A stretch of 64,000 nucleotides of DNA from Candidatus Bathyarchaeota archaeon (GTDB lineage: Archaea; Thermoproteota; Bathyarchaeia; Bathyarchaeales; Bathycorpusculaceae), in assembly GCA_963832745.1 (NCBI GenBank), contig CAWHVC010000001.1, positions 32,001 through 96,000 of the forward strand, in the 5' to 3' direction. How positions within the stretch are numbered: the first letter of the stretch is position 1; every line of letters begins with the position of its first letter. This document shows positions 51,313-61,043 of the stretch, in pieces. Made by a program: the position numbers and the translations under genes. A model generated the notes under the pieces. It was not told the DNA's origin and made no database searches. It saw only the letters and a list, made by a program, of their open reading frames with translations.

Positions 51313-52344
51313 GGCTTGCTGCCTCCGCTTTTTTGGGTTAGCTGAATAAAGGCGTCTTCAAGCGTAGGTTCAGCCCGTTTAAAATTAATCAGCTTAATGT
51401 TCTCTTTAAACAGGAAATCAAACAGCATGGGCAAATCATTAATGTTCTTAAGCTCAACACAAAGTTGTTTTTCCCCCGGCAGAGCTTCAAGACTGTTTTC
51501 AGTTACATTGATTACACCTGAAACATCCTGCATCCGCTCCAGTTGGGTTTGATTGATGTTTTCCAGCGTTAGATGGATTACTTCTTCCTTCTTTATCATG
51601 TTACGAATCGCGTTGGGCGTGTCGCAAGCAATGATTTCTCCACCGAGCAGTATGCCTATGCGGTCACAAATTTGAGCTGCCTCCTCAATATAATGCGTAG
51701 TATAAAGGACAGTTTTTCCAGAATTGGTTACAGTTTCTCTGAACAAAATCGCGGACGTTGCGGGAAGCAATAACATCCAAAGCGTTTGTGGGTTCATCAA
51801 GTAGCAGCACCTGCGGGTCAGGAAGCAAAGTACGCGCCAAAGCAAGTTTGCGTTTCATTCCACCCGAGTACCTTTGATACAAGTCGAAAGTGTTGTTTTC
51901 TAAGCCGACAAGCTTCATAACTTCAAGGATTCGTTGACGCCGCTGTTTTCTAGGAACATTGTAGATTGCAGCATAAAACTCCAAGTTGCGGTAACCGTTA
52001 AGTCGCCAAAAGAAGCCGCGTTCACCAACGCTGAAAATGGTGCCCAGCGACTGTTTGACTTTCATCGGTTCTTTTACAACGTCATAACCGTTGATTAGGG
52101 CGGTTCCACTATCAGGCGGCAATAGTGTGCAGAGCATTTTTACAAGTGTAGTTTTTCCGGCACCGTTGGGGCCCAGCAGTCCGAAGAGTTCGCCTTTTTT
52201 GATTTCAAGGTTGAGGTTGTTAACAGCTACAAACGGACCGCCAGCTTTAAGATTGAACCGCCACCTGCCATTCTCTGGGTTGGGGCGTTTTGACTTGAAT
52301 ACCTTGGTTAGGTTGTGGGTTTCTATGGCGTTCATGGTTTGCAA
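51309..52344 (-). pseudogene. ABC exporter ATPase, frameshifted (error or pseudogene)
   Basis: GPNGAGKTT, YSGGMKR, LLDEPT, TTHYIEEA, LEDAF; one extra base near 51742. Confidence 0.88.
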
Positions 52345-52469
52345 CAGTCTTTTTCCTTTAGCTGTCAATTACTATATAACTGTACAAACACCCATGTAGG
52401 TTTGGGTGGCTGATTGACTTTTGGAACATTTATGCTTAAACAATGCTGAAATAGGTAACAACCTAATTC

Positions 52470-53150
52470 TTGATTATGCTGCCAAAAGTTGTTATTTACG
52501 ATTCCGTTAGCGTCGATGGCGCAATTAAGGATTTCGACGTAAACATCCAACTTCATTACATGATTGCCGCCCGGTTTGCTGCCGACGCTTTCCTTGTGGG
52601 TTCTGTCACTTCAAAGACTGGCATAGAAATGTTCATGCAAACTGTTCCAGCCGAAACGCCAAAAGATTTTGTTAAACCAGTAATCATAGCAGACGATAAA
52701 CGGCCAATATGGGCTATCGTGGACAGCCAAGGCACCATGCAAGGTTTAATGCATGTAAACCGCAGAAGCGAATACACAAAAAACGTTATAGTTCTCATCG
52801 CCAACAGCACACCTAAAACTTATCTGGGCTACCTCAAAGAAAGAAACTATGACATAATCCAAACAGGCGAAAACCACATTGATTTACGCGCGGCACTTGA
52901 AGAATTAAACAGGCAATACGGCGTAAAAACCGTAGTAACTGACACTGGAGGCGTCTTAGCAAGTGCTCTTTTAGAGCAGGGTCTTGCAGATGAGGTACAG
53001 CTTCTTGTCACGTCTGAACTCGTCGGCGAGGGTGCGGTTCACTTATTCCGAAGCCTAAAAAAGAAGGTTAAACTGGAACTGCTTAAAAGTGAAATTTTAG
53101 ATAACGCGCATGTTTTATTGAGCTTTAAAGTATTGAAACAAGTTAGCTAA
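52470..53150 (+). CDS. RibD C-terminal/DHFR-like reductase
   Basis: SVDGAI, VDS.G, GG.LA..LL..GLADE. Confidence 0.88.
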   Translation: MIMLPKVVIYDSVSVDGAIKDFDVNIQLHYMIAARFAADAFLVGSVTSKTGIEMFMQTVPAETPKDFVKPVIIADDKRPIWAIVDSQGTMQGLMHVNRRSEYTKNVIVLIANSTPKTYLGYLKERNYDIIQTGENHIDLRAALEELNRQYGVKTVVTDTGGVLASALLEQGLADEVQLLVTSELVGEGAVHLFRSLKKKVKLELLKSEILDNAHVLLSFKVLKQVS

Positions 53151-53156
53151 CTAAAT

Positions 53157-53201
53157 TGCAACCTATTTACCGCCTATTAGAAACTACATGCCAAAAAAGG
53201 G
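53157..53201 (+). repeat. dispersed intergenic repeat, copy 2
   Basis: TGCAACCTATTTACCGCCTATTAGAAACTACATGCC. Confidence 0.7.
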
Positions 53202-53248
53202 AAGTATGTGCTATCGACGGCAAAAAACAGACCAAAACATGTTAAAAG

Positions 53249-54426
53249 TTATTTTCTGTCTTCTAAAAATACGTTTAACGCTGAAGGGTCAAAGCACACG
53301 TATACTTTGTCACCGATTGTTACCCCCAATCTTTTAATCACTGAAAAGGCGATTCTTGCTTTTATTAAAAATCCAACGTCAATTGTTACTTGTGCGGTTG
53401 AACGCATTTGCACCATTTCCGCGATTACACCTTGAAGACAGTTGCAGCTTTCCAGCAGGGTTTTGGGGATGACGGGCTGAGTTGTTAGCGTTATATCTTC
53501 TGTTTTTAACGTAAGCGTTACATCTTTGTTTTCCAATTCAGGAGCTGAAACCGTCAACATTGATACTCCGTTAACTTCAACCGTTAGCAGCCCCTCCTGT
53601 ATTTTGCCTGCTTTACCAGAATACGCGTTGATGCCCAAGAACTGTGCAACATAGGTTGATGAGGGTTTGTCAAAGATTTCTGTTCTGCCGCCGACTTGTT
53701 CAATATGTCCGTTTCCCATAACAGCTATTTTGTCTGACATTACAAAGGCTTCACTTAGGTTGTGCGTAACGTAGATTGTAGTCATTTTTAGGGTTTGCAG
53801 ATATTTTTTAAGGTCTAACCTGAAGTTTTCTCTAAGTTGTGGGTCAACAGCTGATACTGGCTCATCAAGCAACAGTACCTGTGGTTCTGTCGCCAATGAC
53901 CTTGCGAGAGCTGCTCGCTGTTTCTGTCCCCCGCTAAGGTGATGAGGATAAAACTTTGAATATTTAGCAAGCCCAATAAAGTTAAGTAGCCGGCGGGTTC
54001 GGTTTTTAATTTCTTGACCTGAAAGATGATGCCTTTTAAACCGTAAGCTATGTTGTCTTCAATACGCATGTGTGGAAACAAGGATATAGTTTGGAAGACA
54101 TAGCCGATTTTGCGTTCTGCAGGGTTAAGAACCACCCTTTTTTCGCCTTTACGACCGTCCACAAGTACGCCGTCGATGTAAAGGTCGCCTTCGTCAGCAT
54201 TTGTTAATCCTGCAATCATGTTCAGAAGTGTGCTTTTTCCTGCACCGTTTGGTCCCAGCAATCCAAAAAGCTCGCCCTTTTTGATTTCAAGATTAAGATT
54301 GTTAACAGCTACAAACGGAACGCCCGTCTTGAAGTTAAAACGCCATCCACTATTCTCCGGATTGGGACGTCTTGTTTTGAATGCTTTGGTCAGGTTGTGG
54401 GTTTCTATGGCGTTATTAGTTTGCAA
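53249..54426 (-). pseudogene. chimeric ABC ATPase (ModC/WtpC-like with TOBE), frameshifted
   Basis: IGYVFQ..LFPHM, hidden LSGGQKQRAALAR in the shifted frame, VTH, TOBE tail; shift at 54034-54040. Confidence 0.85.
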
Positions 54427-54517
54427 CCGTTATTTTCCTATAATCATATTTATTCTGTGTAAACCCATATTTAGTTGGACGTTTGGGTTTTAAGATAGTT
54501 TAATTTAAATTATGCCT

Positions 54518-54603
54518 AATAGGTGGCAACAAATTCTTGTTTGTGAAGCAAAAAATTGTTATGCGTCTTTTAGCGTTGATGGCGCGATTAAGGATTTCAA
54601 CGT
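54518..54603 (+). pseudogene. degraded copy of the 5' end of the RibD-like gene
   Basis: TTAGCGTTGATGGCGCGATTAAGGATTTCAACGT versus TTAGCGTCGATGGCGCAATTAAGGATTTCGACGT at ~52507. Confidence 0.8.
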
Positions 54604-54708
54604 TGGGAATGCCAGCATACTTAGATATTGGGTTGTTTTGTGCTGAAATATAAAGGGGTAGATCTGTAATGACGCTTTTTCACCCATTAACATTTTGAAC
54701 TTTGTGGT

Positions 54709-55680
54709 TTAGATTGCAAGCATGTTTGCCAAGTCAAGGAGTCGCAAGTCAATATCCTTCCGCCTTGTTGCGGCATCAATAAGCGGCAAACTTACAATTT
54801 CGCCTTTGTGCAATCCAACGGCTTTGTTGCCTTCACAGGTGCAGATTGATTCAACAGCTTTTTCTGCAAACAGGCTGGCCAAAAACCGGCTGCGCACAGT
54901 TGGGCTTCCGCCGCGCTGAGCATAACCTAATATGGAGAGGCGAACTTCGCTTTCGGTTTGGCGCTGCATTTCTTTTGCCAAAATGCTTGTGTCGCCGATG
55001 CCTTCTGCGGCTACAATGATTCCCGCGTGTTTGCCTTTGCGGCTGTTGTCTTCCATCACCTTCACGACTTCGGCAAGTTTCCATGGTTTCTCAGGAATCA
55101 ATATGACTTCGGCGCCAACGCAGATGCCAACTTCTAACGCTAAGAAACCACGTTTACGCCCCATCACTTCAACAATAAAAACCCGTTCGTGGCTGATGGC
55201 TGTGTCACGGATTTTGTCAACCGCCCCAACAGCCGTGTTAATTGCCGTGTCAAATCCGATGGTTTCATCAGTTCCGTAAACGTCATTGTCTATGGTTGCA
55301 GGGATGCCGACGGTACAAACGCCGCTTTTCTTGCTTAAATCAAGAGCTCCCCTAAAAGAGCCGTCACCGCCGATGACTACCATGGCGTCAACGTTGTTTG
55401 CTTTCAAGTTTTCTGCCGCCTGCTCAACCACCTCAGGCTTCTCAAAACCGGGACAACGCAGTGTGTGCAAAATAGTTCCGCCCTGCTGAATGATTCCGCC
55501 GACGGCGCGAGGTGTCAATTTTTTAAACTGATTCGTAAGTAGCCCGTCCCAGCCGCGTTCAAAACCTAAAACGCAAAGACCCTTGGAGTGAGCGACTCTT
55601 GTTACCGCGCGAATCGCAGCGTTCATTCCTGGGGCGTCGCCGCCTGAAGTTACAATACCCAATGTTTTAGTCAAACACAA
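54709..55680 (-). CDS. pfkA: ATP-dependent 6-phosphofructokinase (PfkA family)
   Basis: TSGGDAPGMNA, GGDGS, PATIDND, EVMGR, LGYAQRGG. Confidence 0.96.
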   Translation of the reverse strand: MCLTKTLGIVTSGGDAPGMNAAIRAVTRVAHSKGLCVLGFERGWDGLLTNQFKKLTPRAVGGIIQQGGTILHTLRCPGFEKPEVVEQAAENLKANNVDAMVVIGGDGSFRGALDLSKKSGVCTVGIPATIDNDVYGTDETIGFDTAINTAVGAVDKIRDTAISHERVFIVEVMGRKRGFLALEVGICVGAEVILIPEKPWKLAEVVKVMEDNSRKGKHAGIIVAAEGIGDTSILAKEMQRQTESEVRLSILGYAQRGGSPTVRSRFLASLFAEKAVESICTCEGNKAVGLHKGEIVSLPLIDAATRRKDIDLRLLDLANMLAI

Positions 55681-55857
55681 TACAACCCGTCTATGCTTCT
55701 AAAGGCTCAAGGAGCATTAAAAATAAAAACTTATCCATATAACTTGACGGCTGGGCAATAGTGTTTCGCGGGATTTAATGGGAAAATTAAGGAATAAGCG
55801 CCTGACCATCCAATAAATTTAAATTCTTTCTCTTAGTCTTTATGAAAAGACTGTCTT

Positions 55858-56011
55858 CGGGAGGTAGCTCAGCCTGGCAGAGCTCTCGAGTCGGCTAACA
55901 CGCTTGGTCGACGGAGAAGCTGTAGAGGTCTACCCATGGTGGGCTTCATTCTAGCCTGTCTAGGCCACAGAAACCGAGCTGTCGCAGGTTCAAATCCTGC
56001 TCTCCCGACCA
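55858..56011 (+). tRNA. tRNA-Tyr(GTA) with two introns (55889-55918 at 30/31; 55926-55972 at 37/38), CCA encoded
   Basis: C1-G72 and A73, GCTC/GAGC D-stem, GCAGG-TTCAAAT-CCTGC T-arm; both introns form BHB motifs and removal gives CTCGG-CTGTAGA-CCGAG. Confidence 0.93.
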
Positions 56012-56121
56012 ACACAACTTTTCAAATATTGTCTTTTTTCATAAAAATAAGCTGTGTCTTGATTAAATTATAACCAAGTTACCTAAAAGTAGAAATTAAA
56101 AATAAAGAGAATAAAAACTGG

Positions 56122-56706
56122 TTAGGTGGTTTGTACCAGCGTTTCTGTAATGTAAACTCCTTGGGTTGTGGTGATGACCATTCTGAGAGGCGTTGATAGG
56201 TCGTAAACCATGACTCGATTAGGTACTACAATATAGAATGCCAGTGAATAGCCGGATTTAATTGTTAAGCCTTCGCCTGCAATCTGAAAATCATAGTCCT
56301 TATTGGCTATGGTGATTGTGGTGTTTTCTGACTGGCTAATGTCAGTTGTAAAGGGCAAATCGCCGGGCATGGTTCCGTTAATTTTGCAGTAAGCGACATA
56401 GTTTGATGTGCCGTTCCATTCGCATTGTAGACCTTTAACGTCGATTTTGTTTAAGACGATGTCAGTGGGGCCTGTATCACAAATGGCAATTGCTGCAACG
56501 CTGGTGGTGCTGTTAACGTACCAGATGTGGCTTGTGGCGATGTACATTTTTTCTTTTTGAACTTGGCTGCTTGTTACGTTAGTTGCGAAAAGCACGACGG
56601 TTGTTGATAAAATTACAGCGGCTACGAGAATAATGAGGTTGCCTACAGGTGCGCCGAGTGCTCGTTTGTTGCGTAGGAACCGTCGCATGCTAAAGTGGTT
56701 ATTCAT
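56122..56706 (-). CDS. archaeal pilin/archaellin-like protein
   Basis: class III signal RNKRA|LGAPVGNLIILVAAVIL; TAATG overlap with upstream gene (alternative start 56688). Confidence 0.8.
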   Translation of the reverse strand: MNNHFSMRRFLRNKRALGAPVGNLIILVAAVILSTTVVLFATNVTSSQVQKEKMYIATSHIWYVNSTTSVAAIAICDTGPTDIVLNKIDVKGLQCEWNGTSNYVAYCKINGTMPGDLPFTTDISQSENTTITIANKDYDFQIAGEGLTIKSGYSLAFYIVVPNRVMVYDLSTPLRMVITTTQGVYITETLVQTT

Positions 56707-56954
56707 TAGCATTGGGCTCCTTGGGCTTCTAAAGCCATTGGTTCTTCCTGTATGGCGGTTTTTATGTTTGTGCATTCGTCTTTGCTTACTCGCAGGTAGG
56801 TTAAGGATTTGCATTGATAGATGACTTGTGCACCGTTTTTGTTATTTACGTATTTTAGAAGGTTTAGGTATTGTTTTTCGGTGCCTTTGATTATTAGGGC
56901 GATGTAGAAATAGGGTTCTGCGGAATTTGGTTTGGTTTTTTTGTTATTTTCCAT
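56706..56954 (-). CDS. hypothetical protein
   Basis: GAGGA RBS; stop overlaps the pilin ATG. Confidence 0.7.
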   Translation of the reverse strand: MENNKKTKPNSAEPYFYIALIIKGTEKQYLNLLKYVNNKNGAQVIYQCKSLTYLRVSKDECTNIKTAIQEEPMALEAQGAQC

Positions 56955-57065
56955 TTTATTCCTCGTTCAATTCATCATGCTTTTGGCACGAAGCATTAAG
57001 TATTGAATATTAAGTCTTAATAAAGATTATTGTTCAGTATTTACAAACAAAAAAACAAATCAATA

Positions 57066-57551
57066 TCAGCAATACATCAACACAACCTCATAAGGAAAAA
57101 ACCAAACCCTACGATACAACTCAAAAACACGCCAACCAAAAAACCGCAATAACCCCAAAAAACCAACACGCAAAAAACCCGCACCCTCAAAAGTCCCAAT
57201 CGAACCAACATTCCCACGGCCAGCCGTAGCAAAAACCCTGACAGCACCCCGACCAACAAGCCATTCCACCCCAGCCTTAACCAAACCCCCAGCCAAGCCC
57301 ATCCTCCGAAAATCAGGGTGAACAGCAAGCCAAAAAACACATCCAAAACGAGCACCACCAACCATAAACTCAGTCAACCTAGCAAAACCGGCAACCTCAC
57401 CGTTAACCATACTAACCAATACAGCACCCTTCTTAGAAGCTACGCTACGAGAGGAAAAGAACCTGTAAAACCTTGGAAAAGAAATGTTGATAATTTCTTT
57501 AATTTGCGCCTGGTCCCTTGATGTGGCGGGTCTTATGGTTGGGGTATTCAC
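57066..57551 (-). CDS. GNAT acetyltransferase
   Basis: IRPAT..D, WLAVHPDFRRMGLA, N..S...FE..GF. Confidence 0.85.
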   Translation of the reverse strand: MNTPTIRPATSRDQAQIKEIINISFPRFYRFFSSRSVASKKGAVLVSMVNGEVAGFARLTEFMVGGARFGCVFWLAVHPDFRRMGLAGGLVKAGVEWLVGRGAVRVFATAGRGNVGSIGTFEGAGFLRVGFLGLLRFFGWRVFELYRRVWFFPYEVVLMYC

Positions 57552-57610
57552 TTGAGCAACTCCAAGAAGCTTAACATGAAAAAAGAAATGGTTATCTTAA
57601 AAATGTTGAC

Positions 57611-58678
57611 TCATGGCATTGAGGTTGTGGGTGGCAAGGTTGTTTCTTGTGGTTTTTTGCGTGAAAAGATTAGGCTTGTCGATTTGATGATTTGTGGCAG
57701 CCCAATAAGGTCTTCTAAGATTAGTATGCCTCGTGCAAGTAAAGCAAAAACTGCTGCTGGACCCGCAGCGACTCCAAGTAACCCAAAAATACCGATGATT
57801 CCGAATTCTTGCACGCCTGTTCCTGCAGGGGTAATAGGTACAAATGCGAGTGCAGTTACAAGTGGATGAATCAGGAAGTACGCTATCCATGGAACAAATG
57901 TTATTCCAAGAGCAAGCCCCAAAAAGTACCATTCAAACCCTTTAAGAATCCAGCATGCAAGAGTTAAAACCGTTATTTCAGGGATTGCACTTCGGGTGCT
58001 GTGGGAACTTTCTTTGTATTCTTCAAGTTTACACATTAATCCGCCGGTAAATCTTTTTAGGAAACGAATTTTTGCTATGCGGTCAAAGATTGAGATTGCT
58101 CTTTTAGACCAAGTGAAAAGCGCCATTATGACTGCGCCTGTAAGCATCAAGGCTATGCCTAATCCAGCGATAAGAGTAAAGGTGTCGTTCCATGTTCCGG
58201 TTGGGGCAAACTTGACAAGGTAGATTAATGCGCCGACTCCACCGACTACTTTAACCAAAAACTCTATCGTTTGTATGCCTAAAATTGATGAAAGCCCTTT
58301 TGAAGCTGGAACTTTTTGGTCGCTTAGGTAAACAGGTGTAAGAATGTAGCCTGAACGTCCAGGGGTAACGTCGCTTGTAAGCATGCCCGCGTATTGGGCA
58401 AGTAATGTTTTTCCGAAAGAAGTTTTTACGTGTTCTTTGGCGAGAACTCTTCGCAGCCGGAAAGTGAAGATGAGGTTTATTCCAAAATACATCAGAAAAG
58501 CCAACGCCAAGTATTCAACTTTGATTGTGAGTAACGCGTCATACAAGGCGGTTATGCCCACGTACCAGAGCAATGCGGCAAACATTGCAATCATGACTGC
58601 TACTTGAAGGAAAATTTTTAAGAAGCGTTTGGTTGAGCTCTGCTGCTTTTGGTCGCACTGCATATCTTGATTGGGCAT
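57611..58678 (-). CDS. LPG-synthase TM / flippase-like membrane protein
   Basis: multi-TM, TPGRSG, PITPAG.GV.E. Confidence 0.88.
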   Translation of the reverse strand: MPNQDMQCDQKQQSSTKRFLKIFLQVAVMIAMFAALLWYVGITALYDALLTIKVEYLALAFLMYFGINLIFTFRLRRVLAKEHVKTSFGKTLLAQYAGMLTSDVTPGRSGYILTPVYLSDQKVPASKGLSSILGIQTIEFLVKVVGGVGALIYLVKFAPTGTWNDTFTLIAGLGIALMLTGAVIMALFTWSKRAISIFDRIAKIRFLKRFTGGLMCKLEEYKESSHSTRSAIPEITVLTLACWILKGFEWYFLGLALGITFVPWIAYFLIHPLVTALAFVPITPAGTGVQEFGIIGIFGLLGVAAGPAAVFALLARGILILEDLIGLPQIIKSTSLIFSRKKPQETTLPPTTSMP

Positions 58679-58756
58679 GATTGTTAGGAATAACTGTTGC
58701 GGGTTAAATGGGTTATGGAAAATTCACGTTAAAAAGCCCTGCTCATTTAGACTGAC

Positions 58757-58957
58757 TTATGGTCTAACGCATTCAGCTTTTGGCCTGTAGGGTCGTTTGG
58801 TTGTTCTTTTACGGTGATGATATGGACATTCGTTTATCCGCATTAGTATCCAGCCTTTATCCTGATATACGCAGCCGCATGGTAAACGCGTTATTTTCTG
58901 TTCTTCAACGGGGTTGCTTGATTTTGCTGCGTCAACCATTTTTGTGTCATTCTTCAA
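58757..58957 (-). CDS. small Cys/His protein (possible zinc finger)
   Basis: LPCGC...CPYHH, basic tail. Confidence 0.55.
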   Translation of the reverse strand: MKNDTKMVDAAKSSNPVEEQKITRLPCGCVYQDKGWILMRINECPYHHRKRTTKRPYRPKAECVRP

Positions 58958-59021
58958 ATATGTTTTTTTTAATTAATTAACTTAACCAAAAAATGAGGAT
59001 AAAAAAATGGTTTGGGTTTGT

Positions 59022-59813
59022 TTACATGTTAGCTGCTACTGTTGAGAGGTCAGCTATGTCGATTTGAAAGTTGCCGTTGAAATCCATTTGTGCGTCATAG
59101 TTTCCCCAGCCGGGCGTTGCACGGAAGCAGGTTGCAATCTGGTTTAGGTCAGCGCGTGTTACTTTGGTTGCACTTTGGTCGATGATTGCGAACCGGTTGA
59201 ATGCTGCTTGTCTTGTTAAGGTGCGGGATACTGTGCCGCTCAGTGAGTCTTGGCCGTTAATGTTTAGTGTGAATTGTGTCCAGTTGTCTGTTATGCTTAG
59301 TTCACCGTATGCTTGAGTGATTTTGGTGTCTGAGTCGCGGTGGACGCTGATGATTGTGTTGTTTTCGTCGGTGATTACGGTTATTGTGCTTGTTACGTTG
59401 TAAAGGTTCCATGTGCCGTTAAGGAAGTAGTCGGTGTCGCTGATGCTGAATTCTGAAACGGATGCAGCGTTTAGTCTTGCTGCGTAGAATGTGTAGGTAA
59501 AGTTTTCTTTTGCTTGTACGTTGCTGATTGGGCGTGAATTGTTGGTTGTCCAAATGGCGGTTGCAGAGGTTAATTCCCGCATGTCTTCGCTTGCAAGCAG
59601 GGTTGTTCGGGATCTGGTTTGAAGCAGACCGTTAACGTCCTGTGTGCCCCATGTGTCTATGACGCCGTTTATGCGTACCCATGTTTTCTGTAGGGGCTTG
59701 TTTGAGTTTTCGCCGTGGTTTTGTGCTGCAGCTGCAAAGTTTACGGCTAAGCTTAGGCTGCTGATTAGAATGATTGATGCTACTGTGATTGCGATTATTG
59801 ATGATTTTTTCAT
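59022..59813 (-). CDS. secreted protein with C-terminal dockerin-like domain
   Basis: signal peptide; VTRADL...PGWGNYDAQMDFNGNFQIDIADLSTVA Ca-loop repeat. Confidence 0.8.
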   Translation of the reverse strand: MKKSSIIAITVASIILISSLSLAVNFAAAAQNHGENSNKPLQKTWVRINGVIDTWGTQDVNGLLQTRSRTTLLASEDMRELTSATAIWTTNNSRPISNVQAKENFTYTFYAARLNAASVSEFSISDTDYFLNGTWNLYNVTSTITVITDENNTIISVHRDSDTKITQAYGELSITDNWTQFTLNINGQDSLSGTVSRTLTRQAAFNRFAIIDQSATKVTRADLNQIATCFRATPGWGNYDAQMDFNGNFQIDIADLSTVAANM

Positions 59814-59897
59814 TTGTTTTTCCTTCTGAACTTGGTTGTTTGAGTTTACTGATAAAAGCGTTTCTGAGCTTCTTTTTGGTTAATAGGTTTGTTAATG

Positions 59898-59932
59898 GTT
59901 CATTTTTGTTCATTATTGTTCATTTGGGTTCA
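59898..59932. promoter_or_regulatory. four GTTCA direct repeats at exact 10-bp period
   Basis: GTTCA at 59898, 59908, 59918, 59928. Confidence 0.7.
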
Positions 59933-60104
59933 GAAAAAGTTTTGAAGGCGTAATTGTGTTCTGTGGTAGTTTATGAACGGTTTTCAGCCATTCTTTTCCT
60001 TAGTTTGCGGCTGTGTTGTTTGCTGTTTTTAGGGTTATGCGGCGGGCGATTAACATTAGTTTGGATGTATAATTTTTAAATACCCATACATCATAAAAGT
60101 CACC

Positions 60105-61043
60105 ATGCAAGTTAACCGCATAGTTGCCTACTGTGCCCTCTCACTAATGCTTCTAACGTTGCTGCTTGTTCACAGTGCAAACGCGCAAGACTACACAGAA
60201 TACAAAATAAGCATCAACCAAGACAACTCGGCAACATGGCAAGTAACTAAAGTGTCAGATATCAACGCTCCAATAGACACTTGGGAAAGCTTCCAAACCA
60301 AAATCTACGACCTCACCGACAACGCAGCAGCAATAACAAAACGGCACACTACAATTGACCAAAACTCGCTTCAAATAAACACCACAATCTCCGCATCATC
60401 AAAAACCACCGAATACATGTTTATCTGGCAAAACTTCAGCACAACCCAAGACGGCAAGACGGTTTTTGGCGATGTTTTCTCTGTTAACGGCTTCTTTACC
60501 AACCTCTATGGTGAAGCCTCACTGCAAATAAATTATCCACCCAATTTCTCAGTGCAATCAGTTACGCCTGAACCCAACAGCCAAGATGCAGCCGCTGGTA
60601 GCCTGCGATGGTACAGAACCCAAGATTTAGAAAACAACCCAACAAAAATTGTTCTAACAGAAACAGAAAACAATCCCGCCCTAAACTTTGCTTCACAGCG
60701 TCCTTTGCTGTTGCTTGCAGTTTCAGGTGCAGGTATCGCTGGGGTGTTGGGTGCGTCATTTTTGATTCTTAAACGGCGACGGCAGTCTCGTCAAGTCAGT
60801 ACACTAAATGAGGTGCCTGTGATTGTGGTTCAAAGTGAAGAAGACAAAATCCTAAACCTTCTACGAGCAGCCAAGGGCAGTATGCGTCAATCCGACATAA
60901 CCGAGCAGTGCAGGTTCTCTAAGGCTAAAACAAGTCAACTCTTAACTGCATTGGAAAAAAGAGGCGCCGTAACAAGGCTTAAGAGCGGTAGAGATAAAAT
61001 AGTGACCCTAAAAGACGGGGTTAAAGGAGAAAAAACGAAATGA
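60105..61043 (+). CDS. transmembrane one-component regulator (extracellular domain, TM, C-terminal wHTH)
   Basis: signal peptide, TM plus KRRR, MRQSDI......SKAKTSQLL..LEKRG.V.R. Confidence 0.87.
   Translation: MQVNRIVAYCALSLMLLTLLLVHSANAQDYTEYKISINQDNSATWQVTKVSDINAPIDTWESFQTKIYDLTDNAAAITKRHTTIDQNSLQINTTISASSKTTEYMFIWQNFSTTQDGKTVFGDVFSVNGFFTNLYGEASLQINYPPNFSVQSVTPEPNSQDAAAGSLRWYRTQDLENNPTKIVLTETENNPALNFASQRPLLLLAVSGAGIAGVLGASFLILKRRRQSRQVSTLNEVPVIVVQSEEDKILNLLRAAKGSMRQSDITEQCRFSKAKTSQLLTALEKRGAVTRLKSGRDKIVTLKDGVKGEKTK

Noticed and set aside
55931-55960. Third nested intron or guide RNA in tRNA intron 2
   Set aside because: Only a small CCCA/TGGG hairpin; no clear extra BHB or C/D boxes
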